A stretch of 64,000 nucleotides of DNA from Candidatus Woesearchaeota archaeon (GCA_964466575.1 CAYXNP010000002.1:30913-94912), one strand, 5' to 3'; shown: positions 20,046-29,559, counted from the first letter of the stretch. Program-made: numbers and translations. The notes: a model not told the origin generated them from the sequence alone.

Positions 20046-20951
20046 ATGAGAACATTGATAATAAAACTTGGTGCAATAGGCGATGTAGTTAGAACGACGG
20101 TTCTTTTAAGAGAGCTCGAAGGAGAAATATATTGGTTAACCAAAAAACACTCCAAAGATTTTTTAAATTCTGACAGAATTTCTCAAATTTACTTTATGGA
20201 GGATGAAAATAATCTTAATGAATTAAAGAATAAAGAATTTGATTTAGTTATTAATTTAGAGGAGGATATGGGGGTTTTAAAATTATTGAAACAAATTAAG
20301 ATGAGGAGGATGATTGGTGTATTTTTAGATGAAGAAAATAAGATTGATTATTCGCCTGAAAGCAAATATTGGTTTGATATGTCCAGGATAAGCAAATTCG
20401 GTTTATTAGACGCTGATCAATTAAAAAAAGAAAATAAAAAATCTGTTCCGCAAATTTATATTGAAATGATTGGGAAAGAATTTCATGGACAGGAATATGA
20501 TGTTGGTATTGAGCCGAAGCCAATCGATGAAGTTAAGGGAAAAATTGGATTGATTAATGTTACAACTAGTTTTTGGAAAAACAAATATTGGAATGGCTAT
20601 GATGAACTGGATTATGTTCTTAAAGAGAAAGGTTATGATGTTAATTTTTTAGAAATGCGAGACACATTGAAAGAGCATATAAATGATATTAATAATTGTG
20701 AGGTTGTTGTTTGCGGAGACACATTTGGAATGCATGCTGCGTTGGCTTTGAAAAAGAAAGTTGTTGCTATATTTAATTGCACACCGCCTGATGAAATTTA
20801 TCCCTATGATAGGATGATTAAAATTAAAAGTCCCATGTATGATAAATATTTTTTAAAAAAAGAACCGAGCATGAAAGCAATGTCAGCTGTTTCTGTAGAA
20901 GAAGTATATAGTGCAGTTGAGGAAATTTTAAAAGGTTCTGAAAAAAAGTAA
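20046..20951 (+). CDS. GT9-like (heptosyltransferase-family) glycosyltransferase.
   Basis: MRTLIIKLGAIGDVVRTTVLLREL matches the GT9 N-terminus and VVCGDTFGMHAALAL matches the C-terminal motif. The start was moved to the internal ATG at 20046 to avoid a 26-nt overlap with the upstream gene. Confidence 0.6.
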   Translation: MRTLIIKLGAIGDVVRTTVLLRELEGEIYWLTKKHSKDFLNSDRISQIYFMEDENNLNELKNKEFDLVINLEEDMGVLKLLKQIKMRRMIGVFLDEENKIDYSPESKYWFDMSRISKFGLLDADQLKKENKKSVPQIYIEMIGKEFHGQEYDVGIEPKPIDEVKGKIGLINVTTSFWKNKYWNGYDELDYVLKEKGYDVNFLEMRDTLKEHINDINNCEVVVCGDTFGMHAALALKKKVVAIFNCTPPDEIYPYDRMIKIKSPMYDKYFLKKEPSMKAMSAVSVEEVYSAVEEILKGSEKK

Positions 20952-20953
20952 TT

Positions 20954-22141
20954 TTATACTACTTCAAAAATTAATTCTGCTGGGCCTTTTTGATAAAGTG
21001 TTTCGTCTACCATTTCTTTGTTTGCTTCTGGATTCATAGCTCCTTTATTTTTAATTCTTATAGTAGGATCTTTTGTTACATAACCAATTTGTTTTGCATC
21101 AATTCCATGAACTTTTGCAACACCAATAACTGCTTCTGGCTTTGGCGTGACGATTATCATTCCTTGTCCCATATTCCATGTTTTATATGCTTCTTCATCA
21201 GCTACATTTCCTAATGCTTGAGTATATAACATAAAGTCTGAAGGTTCAAAAGGTTCATCTATCACAGCCCCTAATCCAGAAGGTCTTAACACTCTTCCAA
21301 GTTTTCCTGGAACTCCTCCTCCTGTAATATGAGCAACTCCATGAATTTCAACTTTTGGTTCTCTGTCATATCCACCAAACATATCAACAACTGCAGCCGT
21401 ATAAATTTTCGAGGGAGTTAATGCTAAATCTGCTAAAGAATCATTACCAACTTTCCAAGAAACCTGATGCCAATTTTCTCCATGAGTATTTTTCATTATT
21501 CTTCTAACTAAAGATAATCCATTAGATCTGAATCCTTTTTCTCTTAATCCTACAAGCGAATCTCCTTCTTTAATTTCTCTTCCAGTAAACATTCTATCTT
21601 TTTTAGCAAACCAAATAACTGCTGCTCCCCAATTATAATTAAAATTTCCATAACCACTAACCCTATTCCCTAATTCTGCTACTTCTCCATTAACAATCGC
21701 AACATTTGCTGCTTTTGCAGCACCAATATATCCTTCTGCTAATTGTTTTACTTGCTCAATATAAATTTCATCTCCCCTTCCTAAAGAATTAACATCTAAT
21801 ATACTTCCAATTAAAACTGGCTCTGCGCCCCTAACAACAGCATCATCACATACCATTGCAAATAAGTCGTAAGCAATAGTTTTGTGGTTATTAACTCTTT
21901 CAGCTAATTCCATTTTAGTTCCAACGCCGTCAAATCCAATATTCATTAAAGTTCCAGCAGGTAAATTAGAAACATCAATAGCTCTAACTCCTGAAAAATC
22001 ATCAAAAGGAACAACCAATTCTCCTAATCTTCCTCTCCGATTATTCCATGTTTGTTTTGCAGCATTATATAAAATTTTAGAAACATCATCACCTAGCTCA
22101 ATATTAACTCCTGCTTCTGCATAAGTTGATTGTGTTGGCAT
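20954..22141 (-). CDS. purM: Phosphoribosylformylglycinamidine cyclo-ligase (AIR synthase).
   Basis: YAEAGVNIELGDD and GFDGVGTKMELAERVNNHKTIAYDLFAMVCDDAVVRGAEP align closely with E. coli PurM (DAGVDIDAGN...GTDGVGTKL...GIDLVAMCVNDLVVQGAEP). Confidence 0.85.
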   Translation of the reverse strand: MPTQSTYAEAGVNIELGDDVSKILYNAAKQTWNNRRGRLGELVVPFDDFSGVRAIDVSNLPAGTLMNIGFDGVGTKMELAERVNNHKTIAYDLFAMVCDDAVVRGAEPVLIGSILDVNSLGRGDEIYIEQVKQLAEGYIGAAKAANVAIVNGEVAELGNRVSGYGNFNYNWGAAVIWFAKKDRMFTGREIKEGDSLVGLREKGFRSNGLSLVRRIMKNTHGENWHQVSWKVGNDSLADLALTPSKIYTAAVVDMFGGYDREPKVEIHGVAHITGGGVPGKLGRVLRPSGLGAVIDEPFEPSDFMLYTQALGNVADEEAYKTWNMGQGMIIVTPKPEAVIGVAKVHGIDAKQIGYVTKDPTIRIKNKGAMNPEANKEMVDETLYQKGPAELIFEVV

Positions 22142-22272
22142 TTTACTTAATTAGAAAATACATTTATAAATTTACCGTCGGAAGATTCATTAAATCATAG
22201 TAATAAAAAATAATCACAACAATATACTTCTCCTTCATAAATCTTTAAATATCACTTAACGAAATCTAATTC

Positions 22273-23160
22273 ATGATTTCAATAGTCATAACTTCTTTTA
22301 AAGAGCCAAAAACAATAGGCAAGGCAATTGAATCTTTTTTGAATCAGGAAATTAGGGAGGAATATGAATTATATGTTGCTGCGCCTGATGAAGAGACTTT
22401 GAATGTTGCGCGAAGTTATCAGAATAAGAATAAAAATCTGAAATTATTTACTGACCCTGGAAAAGGAAAAAGTTATGCGATGAATTTAATTCTTCCTAAA
22501 TTAAAAGGAGATATTTTCATTTTTAGCGACGGTGATGCTTATGTTTCTGAAAATTCGGTTAATGAACTTGTTAGGTTTTTTGATGATGATAATGTTGGTT
22601 GTGTTTCAGGAAGACCGGTTTCTCAAAATTCCAGAATAGATTTATTTGGATATTGGAGCCATATGTTATGTTATGCTGCTCACAAATTAAGAGAAAAAAG
22701 AAATGAGCAAGATAGGTTTCTTGAATGTTCTGGTTATTTATGGGCGTTTAGAAAAGGCGTGATTAAAAAATTTCCAGTCCATATTGCCGAGGACACGATT
22801 GTTCCAATTTTCTTTTGGTTGAATGGATATAAAATTAAGTATGCATCAAAAGCTTTAGTTTATGTTAAGTTTCCTGTTAATATGAAAGATTTTTTGAAAC
22901 AAAAACGTAGAGCTGCTGCATCTCATGGAACAATTTATCGGTATGTTAATCCGAAAAAAATTCCGCGAATGAAAACCCTGTCAAACGAGATTATTGAATC
23001 ATATCATGTTTTTGAATATCCTGAAAATTTGAAAGAATTTTTTTATACTATGCAATTATTTCCATTGAGACTTTACATTTGGCTTAATCTTGCGTTTAAT
23101 GAAAAGATTAGAAATAGGTATTATACTGATGCATGGAAGAGGGTGGGAAGTACGAAATAA
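22273..23160 (+). CDS. GT2-family glycosyltransferase.
   Basis: MISIVITSFKEPKTIGKAIESFLNQ and FSDGDAYV (a DxD motif) are typical of the family. Confidence 0.75.
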   Translation: MISIVITSFKEPKTIGKAIESFLNQEIREEYELYVAAPDEETLNVARSYQNKNKNLKLFTDPGKGKSYAMNLILPKLKGDIFIFSDGDAYVSENSVNELVRFFDDDNVGCVSGRPVSQNSRIDLFGYWSHMLCYAAHKLREKRNEQDRFLECSGYLWAFRKGVIKKFPVHIAEDTIVPIFFWLNGYKIKYASKALVYVKFPVNMKDFLKQKRRAAASHGTIYRYVNPKKIPRMKTLSNEIIESYHVFEYPENLKEFFYTMQLFPLRLYIWLNLAFNEKIRNRYYTDAWKRVGSTK

Positions 23161-23188
23161 ATATAAAGATAGTTTTTTATAATAAAAG

Positions 23189-24775
23189 ATGGATGAGGTA
23201 AAAGAGATTGTTGAGAAAAAAAGAGATATTAAATTGAAAATTAAGGCTTGGCTTAAAGATTATGAAAATATTGTTTTGCTGGCGGTTTTAATTTTCGCTT
23301 TTGCACTTAGATGGCAATTTTTTATCTTAACAAAAAATCAGCCGTTTTGGTGGGATGAAGCGAGTTATGGGATTATTGCGAAGAGTTTTATTTCGAACAC
23401 ATTTGATTCAAATACGTTAGTTATTAATGAGATAATTATTAGGCCATTATTGCTTTCAATTATGTGGGCGGGTTTGATGTTAATGGAAATGCCTGAACAT
23501 TGGAGCAAATTTATTCTTGAGTTTATACCTTCGATTTTGTCTGTTTTTTTTGTGTATTTGGTTGGAAAGGAGATTTACAATAAAAGGGTCGGGATTATTT
23601 CAGCGTTTATTTTTTCTGTAATATGGATTCATCTTTTTTATACGATGAGGTTTTTGACAGATGTCCCTCAATTAGTTTTTTTATTCTCAAGTATTTACTA
23701 TTTTATTCTTGCTACAAAAAAAGAATTTGATTATAAATATTTCTCAATTTCATTATTCCTGCTTTCTTTAGGTACATTAATGAAGTATCCCAATGGAATG
23801 GTTTTTGTGATTTATTTTATTATATTGTTATTTGGAAAGCAGCTTTATTTAAATAAGAAAAAGTTTTGGTATTGTGGAATTGCAGGAGTTTCGCCGATGT
23901 TGCTCGCAGTGTTACTTAATTATTTTTTAAGTGGTGATTTTATTTCCAGGTTTATTGGAGCGAATTTTGGAAATGCGTCGGAACAAGTTGCCAGACCAAT
24001 TGCATACAATCTTTTGAATTACATCTCCATATATCTGCAAAATATTTTCTTTCTTCTTTTTTTGATTGGTTGTGCAATACTTTTATTTGAAGCTTTTATT
24101 AGATATAATTATATTTTTAAAAATAAGAAATTAAGAGATTCTTTACTTTTGGCTTTGATTATGATAGCTTTCTTCTCGTTTTTTATTTTTTATTTGAGAA
24201 GTGCTGATGATAGGTATTTCTTGCCGACGACAATTACGATGAGCATTTTTGCAGGTTTTGGTTTGGGTTATATATATGATCTTTTGAGAAAGTATCATCA
24301 AATTTTTGCGATTCTTGTTATTGTAGTGATTTTGTTTTTTGGAGCAAAAGCGCAAATAAAACAAGCAGATGATATAATTAAATTAAGAAGCGAAAGTTTT
24401 TTACAAATAAAACAAGGAATGTTATGGTTGAAAGCGAATGCTCCTGCTGGAAGCGAGATTGTTGGAATTGGTTTGGACCCGTATGCTATTTATTATGGTG
24501 ATATTAATATGACGTCGGATATTACAGAAAATGATTCTGTTAGAATTAATAATGCAGATTATTTAATTGTTCATGTTTTTCCGCCCGAGAATTTTTTAAT
24601 GCAATATGTCCAGGATAATCAGGATGTGTGGCAACCGATTAATGGCTTTTTCTTGGATAAGGAAAATACACAGGCGGGTTTAATAATTTATAAGAATACT
24701 GGGAAGAAGATTGATGCTGGTGAAGAATTAATTTCTAGTGAGGAAAATACTCTGCTCACAAGTTCGCAAGAATAA
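23189..24775 (+). CDS. Polytopic GT-C fold membrane glycosyltransferase, PMT/ArnT-like (GT39/GT83).
   Basis: At least ten predicted TM helices. The first extracytoplasmic loop carries FWWDEASYG, the acidic DE motif typical of PMT/ArnT enzymes. Confidence 0.55.
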   Translation: MDEVKEIVEKKRDIKLKIKAWLKDYENIVLLAVLIFAFALRWQFFILTKNQPFWWDEASYGIIAKSFISNTFDSNTLVINEIIIRPLLLSIMWAGLMLMEMPEHWSKFILEFIPSILSVFFVYLVGKEIYNKRVGIISAFIFSVIWIHLFYTMRFLTDVPQLVFLFSSIYYFILATKKEFDYKYFSISLFLLSLGTLMKYPNGMVFVIYFIILLFGKQLYLNKKKFWYCGIAGVSPMLLAVLLNYFLSGDFISRFIGANFGNASEQVARPIAYNLLNYISIYLQNIFFLLFLIGCAILLFEAFIRYNYIFKNKKLRDSLLLALIMIAFFSFFIFYLRSADDRYFLPTTITMSIFAGFGLGYIYDLLRKYHQIFAILVIVVILFFGAKAQIKQADDIIKLRSESFLQIKQGMLWLKANAPAGSEIVGIGLDPYAIYYGDINMTSDITENDSVRINNADYLIVHVFPPENFLMQYVQDNQDVWQPINGFFLDKENTQAGLIIYKNTGKKIDAGEELISSEENTLLTSSQE

Positions 24776-24994
24776 TGTGGATTTTTCCAGAGCAAGATTC
24801 TACAAAGAAATATTGTTAATACTTAATATCTAAAAAGCATTGTTACTCAGTACTTTAACTTAAAATTTTATTAATAACGCGAATGAAATGAGCGCTAATT
24901 TAATATAAAATAATTTTAGATTATAAAATAAAATAGATAAGTAAAGATAATAATGTTCATAATATGCGAATATATAATCATCCTCAATAATCCT

Positions 24995-25004
24995 TATAAA
25001 ATAT
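24995..25004 (+). promoter_or_regulatory. TATA-like box (ttataaaata) about 21 nt upstream of the ATG at 25021, inside a 245-bp AT-rich intergenic region.
   Basis: Position and sequence fit an archaeal leaderless promoter. No SD motif is present. Confidence 0.3.
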
Positions 25005-25020
25005 AGTTAGAAGTAATTTT

Positions 25021-26481
25021 ATGAAAAGAAAGATTTATTTGGTTTATCCGCATGAAAAAACGCATTTTGTGCGGCTGTCTTTGTCTTTACTTAGTGTTGC
25101 GTCGACATTAGAGCCGGCTGGGTATGATGTTAAAATAATTGACATGAGATTTCAAGATCACTTGAAGGTTAATTTTTCAGATGCTCTTTTTGTTGGTTTG
25201 ACGAGTTTTACTGGAAGTAACTTGAAATCTGGATTAGAATTCTCAAGATATATCAAGAAAAAATATCCGAAGGTGCCGATTGTTTGGGGGGGTGTTCATG
25301 CTTCGATTTTGTCAATTCAGACAATTAGGAATGAGAATGTAGATATTATTGTTCGTGGCGAGGGCGACGTAACTGTTGTAGAGCTTGCTGATGCTTTATC
25401 TAAGGGAAAACCATTGAATAAAATAAATGGACTGACATTTAAAGATAAAGACGGCAAGATTGTTAATACGCCTGAAAGGGAATTTATTGATATGAATAAA
25501 CTGCCGAAGCCAGCATATCATCTTGTTGATTTGACTAAGGCTGAGACAACTCTTGGGCATTTTCCTTATAATGGGAGCCGAGGTTGTCCGCACAGATGCA
25601 AGTTTTGTTTTAATGTTAATTTTCATAAACGAAAATGGAGGGGAGTTACTGCTGAGAGAACTTTGGATGATATAGAGGATATAATTAGAGTTTCCGGAGC
25701 AAAGGGAATTGAATTTACAGAAGATAATTTTTTTACGAATAAGGAAAGGATTAGACAAATTGCGCAGGGTTTGATTGACAGGAAAATAAAAATTACTTGG
25801 GGGGCGGCTTGTCGAATGGATTATTTTGCTAAGTATGAAATTGAGTTTCTTAAGATGTTGAAGAGAAGTGGATTGGATTTAATGTCTGGCGGCGCAGAAT
25901 CAGGAAGTCAAAGAATTCTTGATTTGGTTGATAAGGATATAAAAGTTGAGGATACGATTGTTGCTGTTGCTAAGGCGAAAGAAGCGGGAATTATTCCGTG
26001 CTTGAGTTTTATTTATGGTGTTCCTAGTGAAACAAAAGAAGATGTTTTCAAGACGCTGAATTTGATTGATAAGTTAAAGAAAATAAATCCTGACACGCAG
26101 GTTAATGGAATTTTTGCGTTTACGATTTATCCTGGAGATCCGCTTGTTGAAGATTGTAAGAAGTTGGGATATAAAGAACCAAAGTCGTTGGAAGGTTGGG
26201 CGAATCATAATCTTTCTGATTTTAATACGCAGGTTTGGTTGAATAAAAAAGAGATTGCTTGGCTTGAGACGATTGGCGACATAATTCGGTTTGATTATTT
26301 TAATCAGACTGGAAGAGTTTATGATAATCTGAATGTGAAGTGGCATTATATTCCTTATTTGATTATGAGAGCTGTTTATACTGTTTCTGCGAGATTGAGA
26401 TGGAGACTAAGATATTTTCATCATGCATATGAATGGAGACTTTGGAGTTGGGTTAAGGAAAAGTATCTGGGGCATTTTTAG
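25021..26481 (+). CDS. Class B (B12-binding domain) radical SAM enzyme.
   Basis: The N-domain reads IYLVYPHEKT...VWGGVHASI. SRGCPHRCKFCFN is the CxxxCxxC motif. Confidence 0.85.
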   Translation: MKRKIYLVYPHEKTHFVRLSLSLLSVASTLEPAGYDVKIIDMRFQDHLKVNFSDALFVGLTSFTGSNLKSGLEFSRYIKKKYPKVPIVWGGVHASILSIQTIRNENVDIIVRGEGDVTVVELADALSKGKPLNKINGLTFKDKDGKIVNTPEREFIDMNKLPKPAYHLVDLTKAETTLGHFPYNGSRGCPHRCKFCFNVNFHKRKWRGVTAERTLDDIEDIIRVSGAKGIEFTEDNFFTNKERIRQIAQGLIDRKIKITWGAACRMDYFAKYEIEFLKMLKRSGLDLMSGGAESGSQRILDLVDKDIKVEDTIVAVAKAKEAGIIPCLSFIYGVPSETKEDVFKTLNLIDKLKKINPDTQVNGIFAFTIYPGDPLVEDCKKLGYKEPKSLEGWANHNLSDFNTQVWLNKKEIAWLETIGDIIRFDYFNQTGRVYDNLNVKWHYIPYLIMRAVYTVSARLRWRLRYFHHAYEWRLWSWVKEKYLGHF

Positions 26482-26544
26482 TTCAACCAAGTAGTGAATT
26501 CTCGACGAGGAAAGTTTTAAAAAGTATTTATTTAGAGTAATGAC

Positions 26545-28317
26545 ATGGGAAAAACTTTGGATAAAATTATTTCTAAATGGTTGATTATAGCTACAGGTTT
26601 GACAATGGGATTGAGTTCTGCGAGAAGTGAAAGTTATACTGTTCCTTTGGATTTACCAACAGGTGCAAGAACATTGAATATGGTTAGAATTCCTGCTGGT
26701 TCTTATTGGATGGGAAATATTGGAACTCTAAGAGATGGTTCTTTTCCTGATGAATTACCTCAACATGAAGTTACGATTACAAAAGATTTTTATATTGGAG
26801 AAACAGAAATTACACAAGCACAATACTTTTCTGTTGTTGGTGTTCAACCAGCAAATAGTTATGGGGTTGGAGATAATTATCCTGTTTATTATGTTTCTTG
26901 GAATGATACTCAAAATTTTATAAATGATTTAAATGAATTAAGTCAAGATAATTTTAGATTACCTACTGAGGCTGAATGGGAATATGCTTGTCGGGGAAGC
27001 GAATCAAATCCAGAAAGATATAATCTTTTTTCATTTGGCGATGATACATCTTATGATCTTGTTAATGGGAGTTTTAATAATCTTTTTAATCAATTTATGG
27101 TTTGGAATGGAAATAATAATATTCACGCAGAACAGGTTGCATCTAGACTTCCAAATGATTATGGTTTATATGATATGCATGGAAACATGTGGGAATGGAT
27201 TCAAGATTTTTATCGGGAAGATTTTTATAGTCAACCAGAAGCGATTTTACCTAATCCAATAAATACCTTACCTGGTAATTCTCTTATGAGAGGTGGTAGT
27301 TGGACACATAATGCTAATGGCTGTCGAACAGCTGAAAGAGGAAATGTTGTAGCAAGTACATCTCATAATGTGAGTGGCTTTAGAATAGCAATTGATGCTT
27401 CTGAGATTGACACTCCAACGCCGACTGAGACTGAAACTTCAACTCCGACTGAAACACCAACATTAACTCCATATCCAACTTACACTTTTTATCCAACTTA
27501 CACTTTTTATCCAACTTCAACGCCTTATTTTACTAACACTCCTCGGCCGACATATACACCAAATCATAGAGCCGATTTAATAATTAATGGAATGAGATTA
27601 ACAACTGAATTTAATGATTGTAATTCTAGAGATTTAGGTTTGGAAGTTGAGGTTGAAAATGTTGGGAATAATTATGCTGGACCTTTCACTGTTAAAATTA
27701 ATGATGATTTTAAGGATTTTGTATATGGATTAGCGGTTGGAACAACAGGTACGGTGTGGTCTGGAAGTGATGAAATTAATCTTAATTATACTCAAGCAGA
27801 TTTTTATAATCAAGTTTTAGAAAGTAATGAAGGTAACAACAGCTCATTTGAAGTCTTCCATAATTTTCCAACGCCACGAGCAACTTGCACTCCGACGATA
27901 ACTGAAACATTAACACGAACAAACACCCCTGTTGATACACAAACTCCTTATCCGACCTATACAGAAAGGCCACAACTAGTAACACAAACACCTTATAATA
28001 CTAACACGCCTTATCCGACTTACACTTTTTATCCAACATGGACTGAAATTCCAAGTGCGACGCCGACAGAAACTTTTACTATGACGCCGACATTTACTGA
28101 AAGTAATACACCAACATTTACATTTTCTTATACACCAACTTACACGACAACGCCTAGTCCAACAGAAACCAATACTTTAATACCAACGTTGACAAACACT
28201 CCAATTTGGAATTATGCTGATCTTGATGGTAATGGGGTTGTTAATTCAAATGATGTTTTAATGCTTCTTCAAGAATGGCATAAGCATCGTGATGATGGGC
28301 CTGTGTTGTTGGAATAG
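26545..28317 (+). CDS. Secreted FGE/SUMF1-domain (formylglycine-generating-enzyme-like) protein with a Pro/Thr-rich repetitive linker and a C-terminal dockerin-like Ca-binding repeat.
   Basis: The N-terminus is signal-peptide-like. The FGE domain reads MVRIPAGSYWMGN...RLPTEAEWEYACRG...YGLYDMHGNMWEWIQD...RGGSW. The linker (TPTPTETETSTPTETPTLTPYPTYTFYPTYTFYPT) reappears later in the protein. The C-terminus ADLDGNGVVNSNDVLMLLQEW is dockerin-like. Confidence 0.7.
   Translation: MGKTLDKIISKWLIIATGLTMGLSSARSESYTVPLDLPTGARTLNMVRIPAGSYWMGNIGTLRDGSFPDELPQHEVTITKDFYIGETEITQAQYFSVVGVQPANSYGVGDNYPVYYVSWNDTQNFINDLNELSQDNFRLPTEAEWEYACRGSESNPERYNLFSFGDDTSYDLVNGSFNNLFNQFMVWNGNNNIHAEQVASRLPNDYGLYDMHGNMWEWIQDFYREDFYSQPEAILPNPINTLPGNSLMRGGSWTHNANGCRTAERGNVVASTSHNVSGFRIAIDASEIDTPTPTETETSTPTETPTLTPYPTYTFYPTYTFYPTSTPYFTNTPRPTYTPNHRADLIINGMRLTTEFNDCNSRDLGLEVEVENVGNNYAGPFTVKINDDFKDFVYGLAVGTTGTVWSGSDEINLNYTQADFYNQVLESNEGNNSSFEVFHNFPTPRATCTPTITETLTRTNTPVDTQTPYPTYTERPQLVTQTPYNTNTPYPTYTFYPTWTEIPSATPTETFTMTPTFTESNTPTFTFSYTPTYTTTPSPTETNTLIPTLTNTPIWNYADLDGNGVVNSNDVLMLLQEWHKHRDDGPVLLE
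27470..27530 (+). repeat. In-frame tandem nucleotide repeat (tccaacttacacttttta x2 plus a partial copy) encoding YPTYTF units of the PT linker.
   Basis: Direct reading of the sequence. A diverged copy is at about 28010-28040. Confidence 0.7.
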
Positions 28318-28340
28318 ATAGAAATATATAAATAATTCTG

Positions 28341-28577
28341 GTGCTTTATTTTTTTATGGGATTAGAAAATACAACTAATGATGAATCTGGAAAAAAGAAG
28401 CTTAGAATGAAAGATGTTGTTGATGCCGAGGCTTCGACTTTTGGGAATAATCCTCAATATTGGGAAACACACGAGGAAGTAGATGTTGGATATTATGCAA
28501 GAAAGTTTGTTTTTAGAGCAGCTTTGGGTGCAGGAATTCTTTATGGAGTTTTTTATTTGGCGAAGGAAGTTTGGTGA
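28341..28577 (+). CDS. Small hypothetical protein with a C-terminal hydrophobic helix.
   Basis: The ORF alone. The C-terminus reads AALGAGILYGVFYLA. Confidence 0.3.
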   Translation: MLYFFMGLENTTNDESGKKKLRMKDVVDAEASTFGNNPQYWETHEEVDVGYYARKFVFRAALGAGILYGVFYLAKEVW

Positions 28578-28616
28578 GATAGAAACACCTAAAAACTCTC
28601 CATATCTCTTTTTATC

Positions 28617-29264
28617 ATGGCATATAAGTTTTCACCATCTGGATTGAATTTATTTAAAGAATGCCCTCGCTGTTTTTGGCTGACGCATCATAAAATTTGG
28701 AAAAGACCACAAGGAATTTTTCCGAGCTTGCCGAGTGGCATGGACAAGATATTGAAAGTTCATTTTGATAAGTTCAGGGAGAAAGGAGAACTTCCTCCGG
28801 AATTAAAAAAGAATGGAGATTGTAAGAACATGAAACTTTTTGATAATCATGAACTTCTTGCGATATGGAGAAGCAACTTCAAAGGAATTTCTTACTCTGA
28901 TAAAGAGGGCAACATTCTCAAAGGTGCTGTAGATAATATCCTAATGAAAGGAAAGAAACTAATTGTTCTAGATTACAAAACACGAGGTTATGATTTGAAG
29001 GAAGATACACATGAACATTACCAAGACCAGCTTGATATATACAATTTCTTATTGAGAAAAAATGGATATCAAACTGAAGACTTTGCGTTTCTTTTGTTTT
29101 ACGTTCCAAAAGAGGTTTTGCCGACGGGAGAAGTTATATTTGACACCACTTTAAAGAAGATGAAGATTAATATAAAGAACGCTGAGAAAGTTTGGAGAAA
29201 TGCGTTGGAGATGTTGAAGGGAGAGTGTCCGGAAAGGGGATGTGAGTGGTGTGGGAAAGTATAA
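28617..29264 (+). CDS. Cas4-like / RecB-family PD-(D/E)xK nuclease with a 4-Cys cluster.
   Basis: One N-terminal Cys sits in ECPRCFW and three C-terminal Cys in CPERGCEWCGK. The core nuclease motif is ILMKGKKLIVLDYKT (D...DYK). The Cys layout matches Cas4/DUF83. Confidence 0.7.
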   Translation: MAYKFSPSGLNLFKECPRCFWLTHHKIWKRPQGIFPSLPSGMDKILKVHFDKFREKGELPPELKKNGDCKNMKLFDNHELLAIWRSNFKGISYSDKEGNILKGAVDNILMKGKKLIVLDYKTRGYDLKEDTHEHYQDQLDIYNFLLRKNGYQTEDFAFLLFYVPKEVLPTGEVIFDTTLKKMKINIKNAEKVWRNALEMLKGECPERGCEWCGKV

Positions 29265-29355
29265 AAGATTTTAGAAGGGGTTGTAGGAATTGTTCTTTTA
29301 GAATCGAAAAATTTATAAAGATGTAAGTACATGTAAGAACATAAAGATAAGGAAA

Positions 29356-29556
29356 ATGGGAAAAGACAGAAAACACATGAAAAAATTAAGAAAGAAGAGA
29401 ATAACATCAGTTAAAGAAAATATAGAGGAACATGAAGAAAAGATTCAAAAAGAAAAAGGCAGAAAAGATACGACTAAAGATTATTGGAGAAAGGAAATAG
29501 ATGAAAAATTTTTAAAACAAGTAAATGAAGACGAAGAGTATTTGGAGGAAAAATAA
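29356..29556 (+). CDS. Small, highly charged (K/E-rich) hypothetical protein of 66 aa.
   Basis: It lies 3 nt upstream of the next gene and is probably co-transcribed with it. No motif was found. Confidence 0.3.
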   Translation: MGKDRKHMKKLRKKRITSVKENIEEHEEKIQKEKGRKDTTKDYWRKEIDEKFLKQVNEDEEYLEEK

Positions 29557-29559
29557 AAA

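Noticed and set aside
11191-20951. A bacterial (CPR) origin for the window, suggested by the GT9 heptosyltransferases and the strong SD at one gene.
   Set aside because: The AglB WWDYG motif, the eukaryote/archaeal-type GPT motif in AglH, TATA boxes about 25 nt before start codons with no SD, and a DPM/PMT-type Dol-P pathway all point to an archaeon. The GT9 genes are more likely horizontally acquired.
20954-22141. purM as evidence that the island is not accessory.
   Set aside because: A single housekeeping gene on the opposite strand does not change the interpretation. It could be checked by synteny in related genomes, so I did not raise it as a finding.
27400-28200. Repetitive ccgactgaaac and tatccaacttacac units, considered as a possible CRISPR array.
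   Set aside because: The repeats are in-frame inside a continuous ORF and encode a Pro/Thr linker. There is no spacer/repeat periodicity and no cas genes beyond the solo Cas4-like gene.
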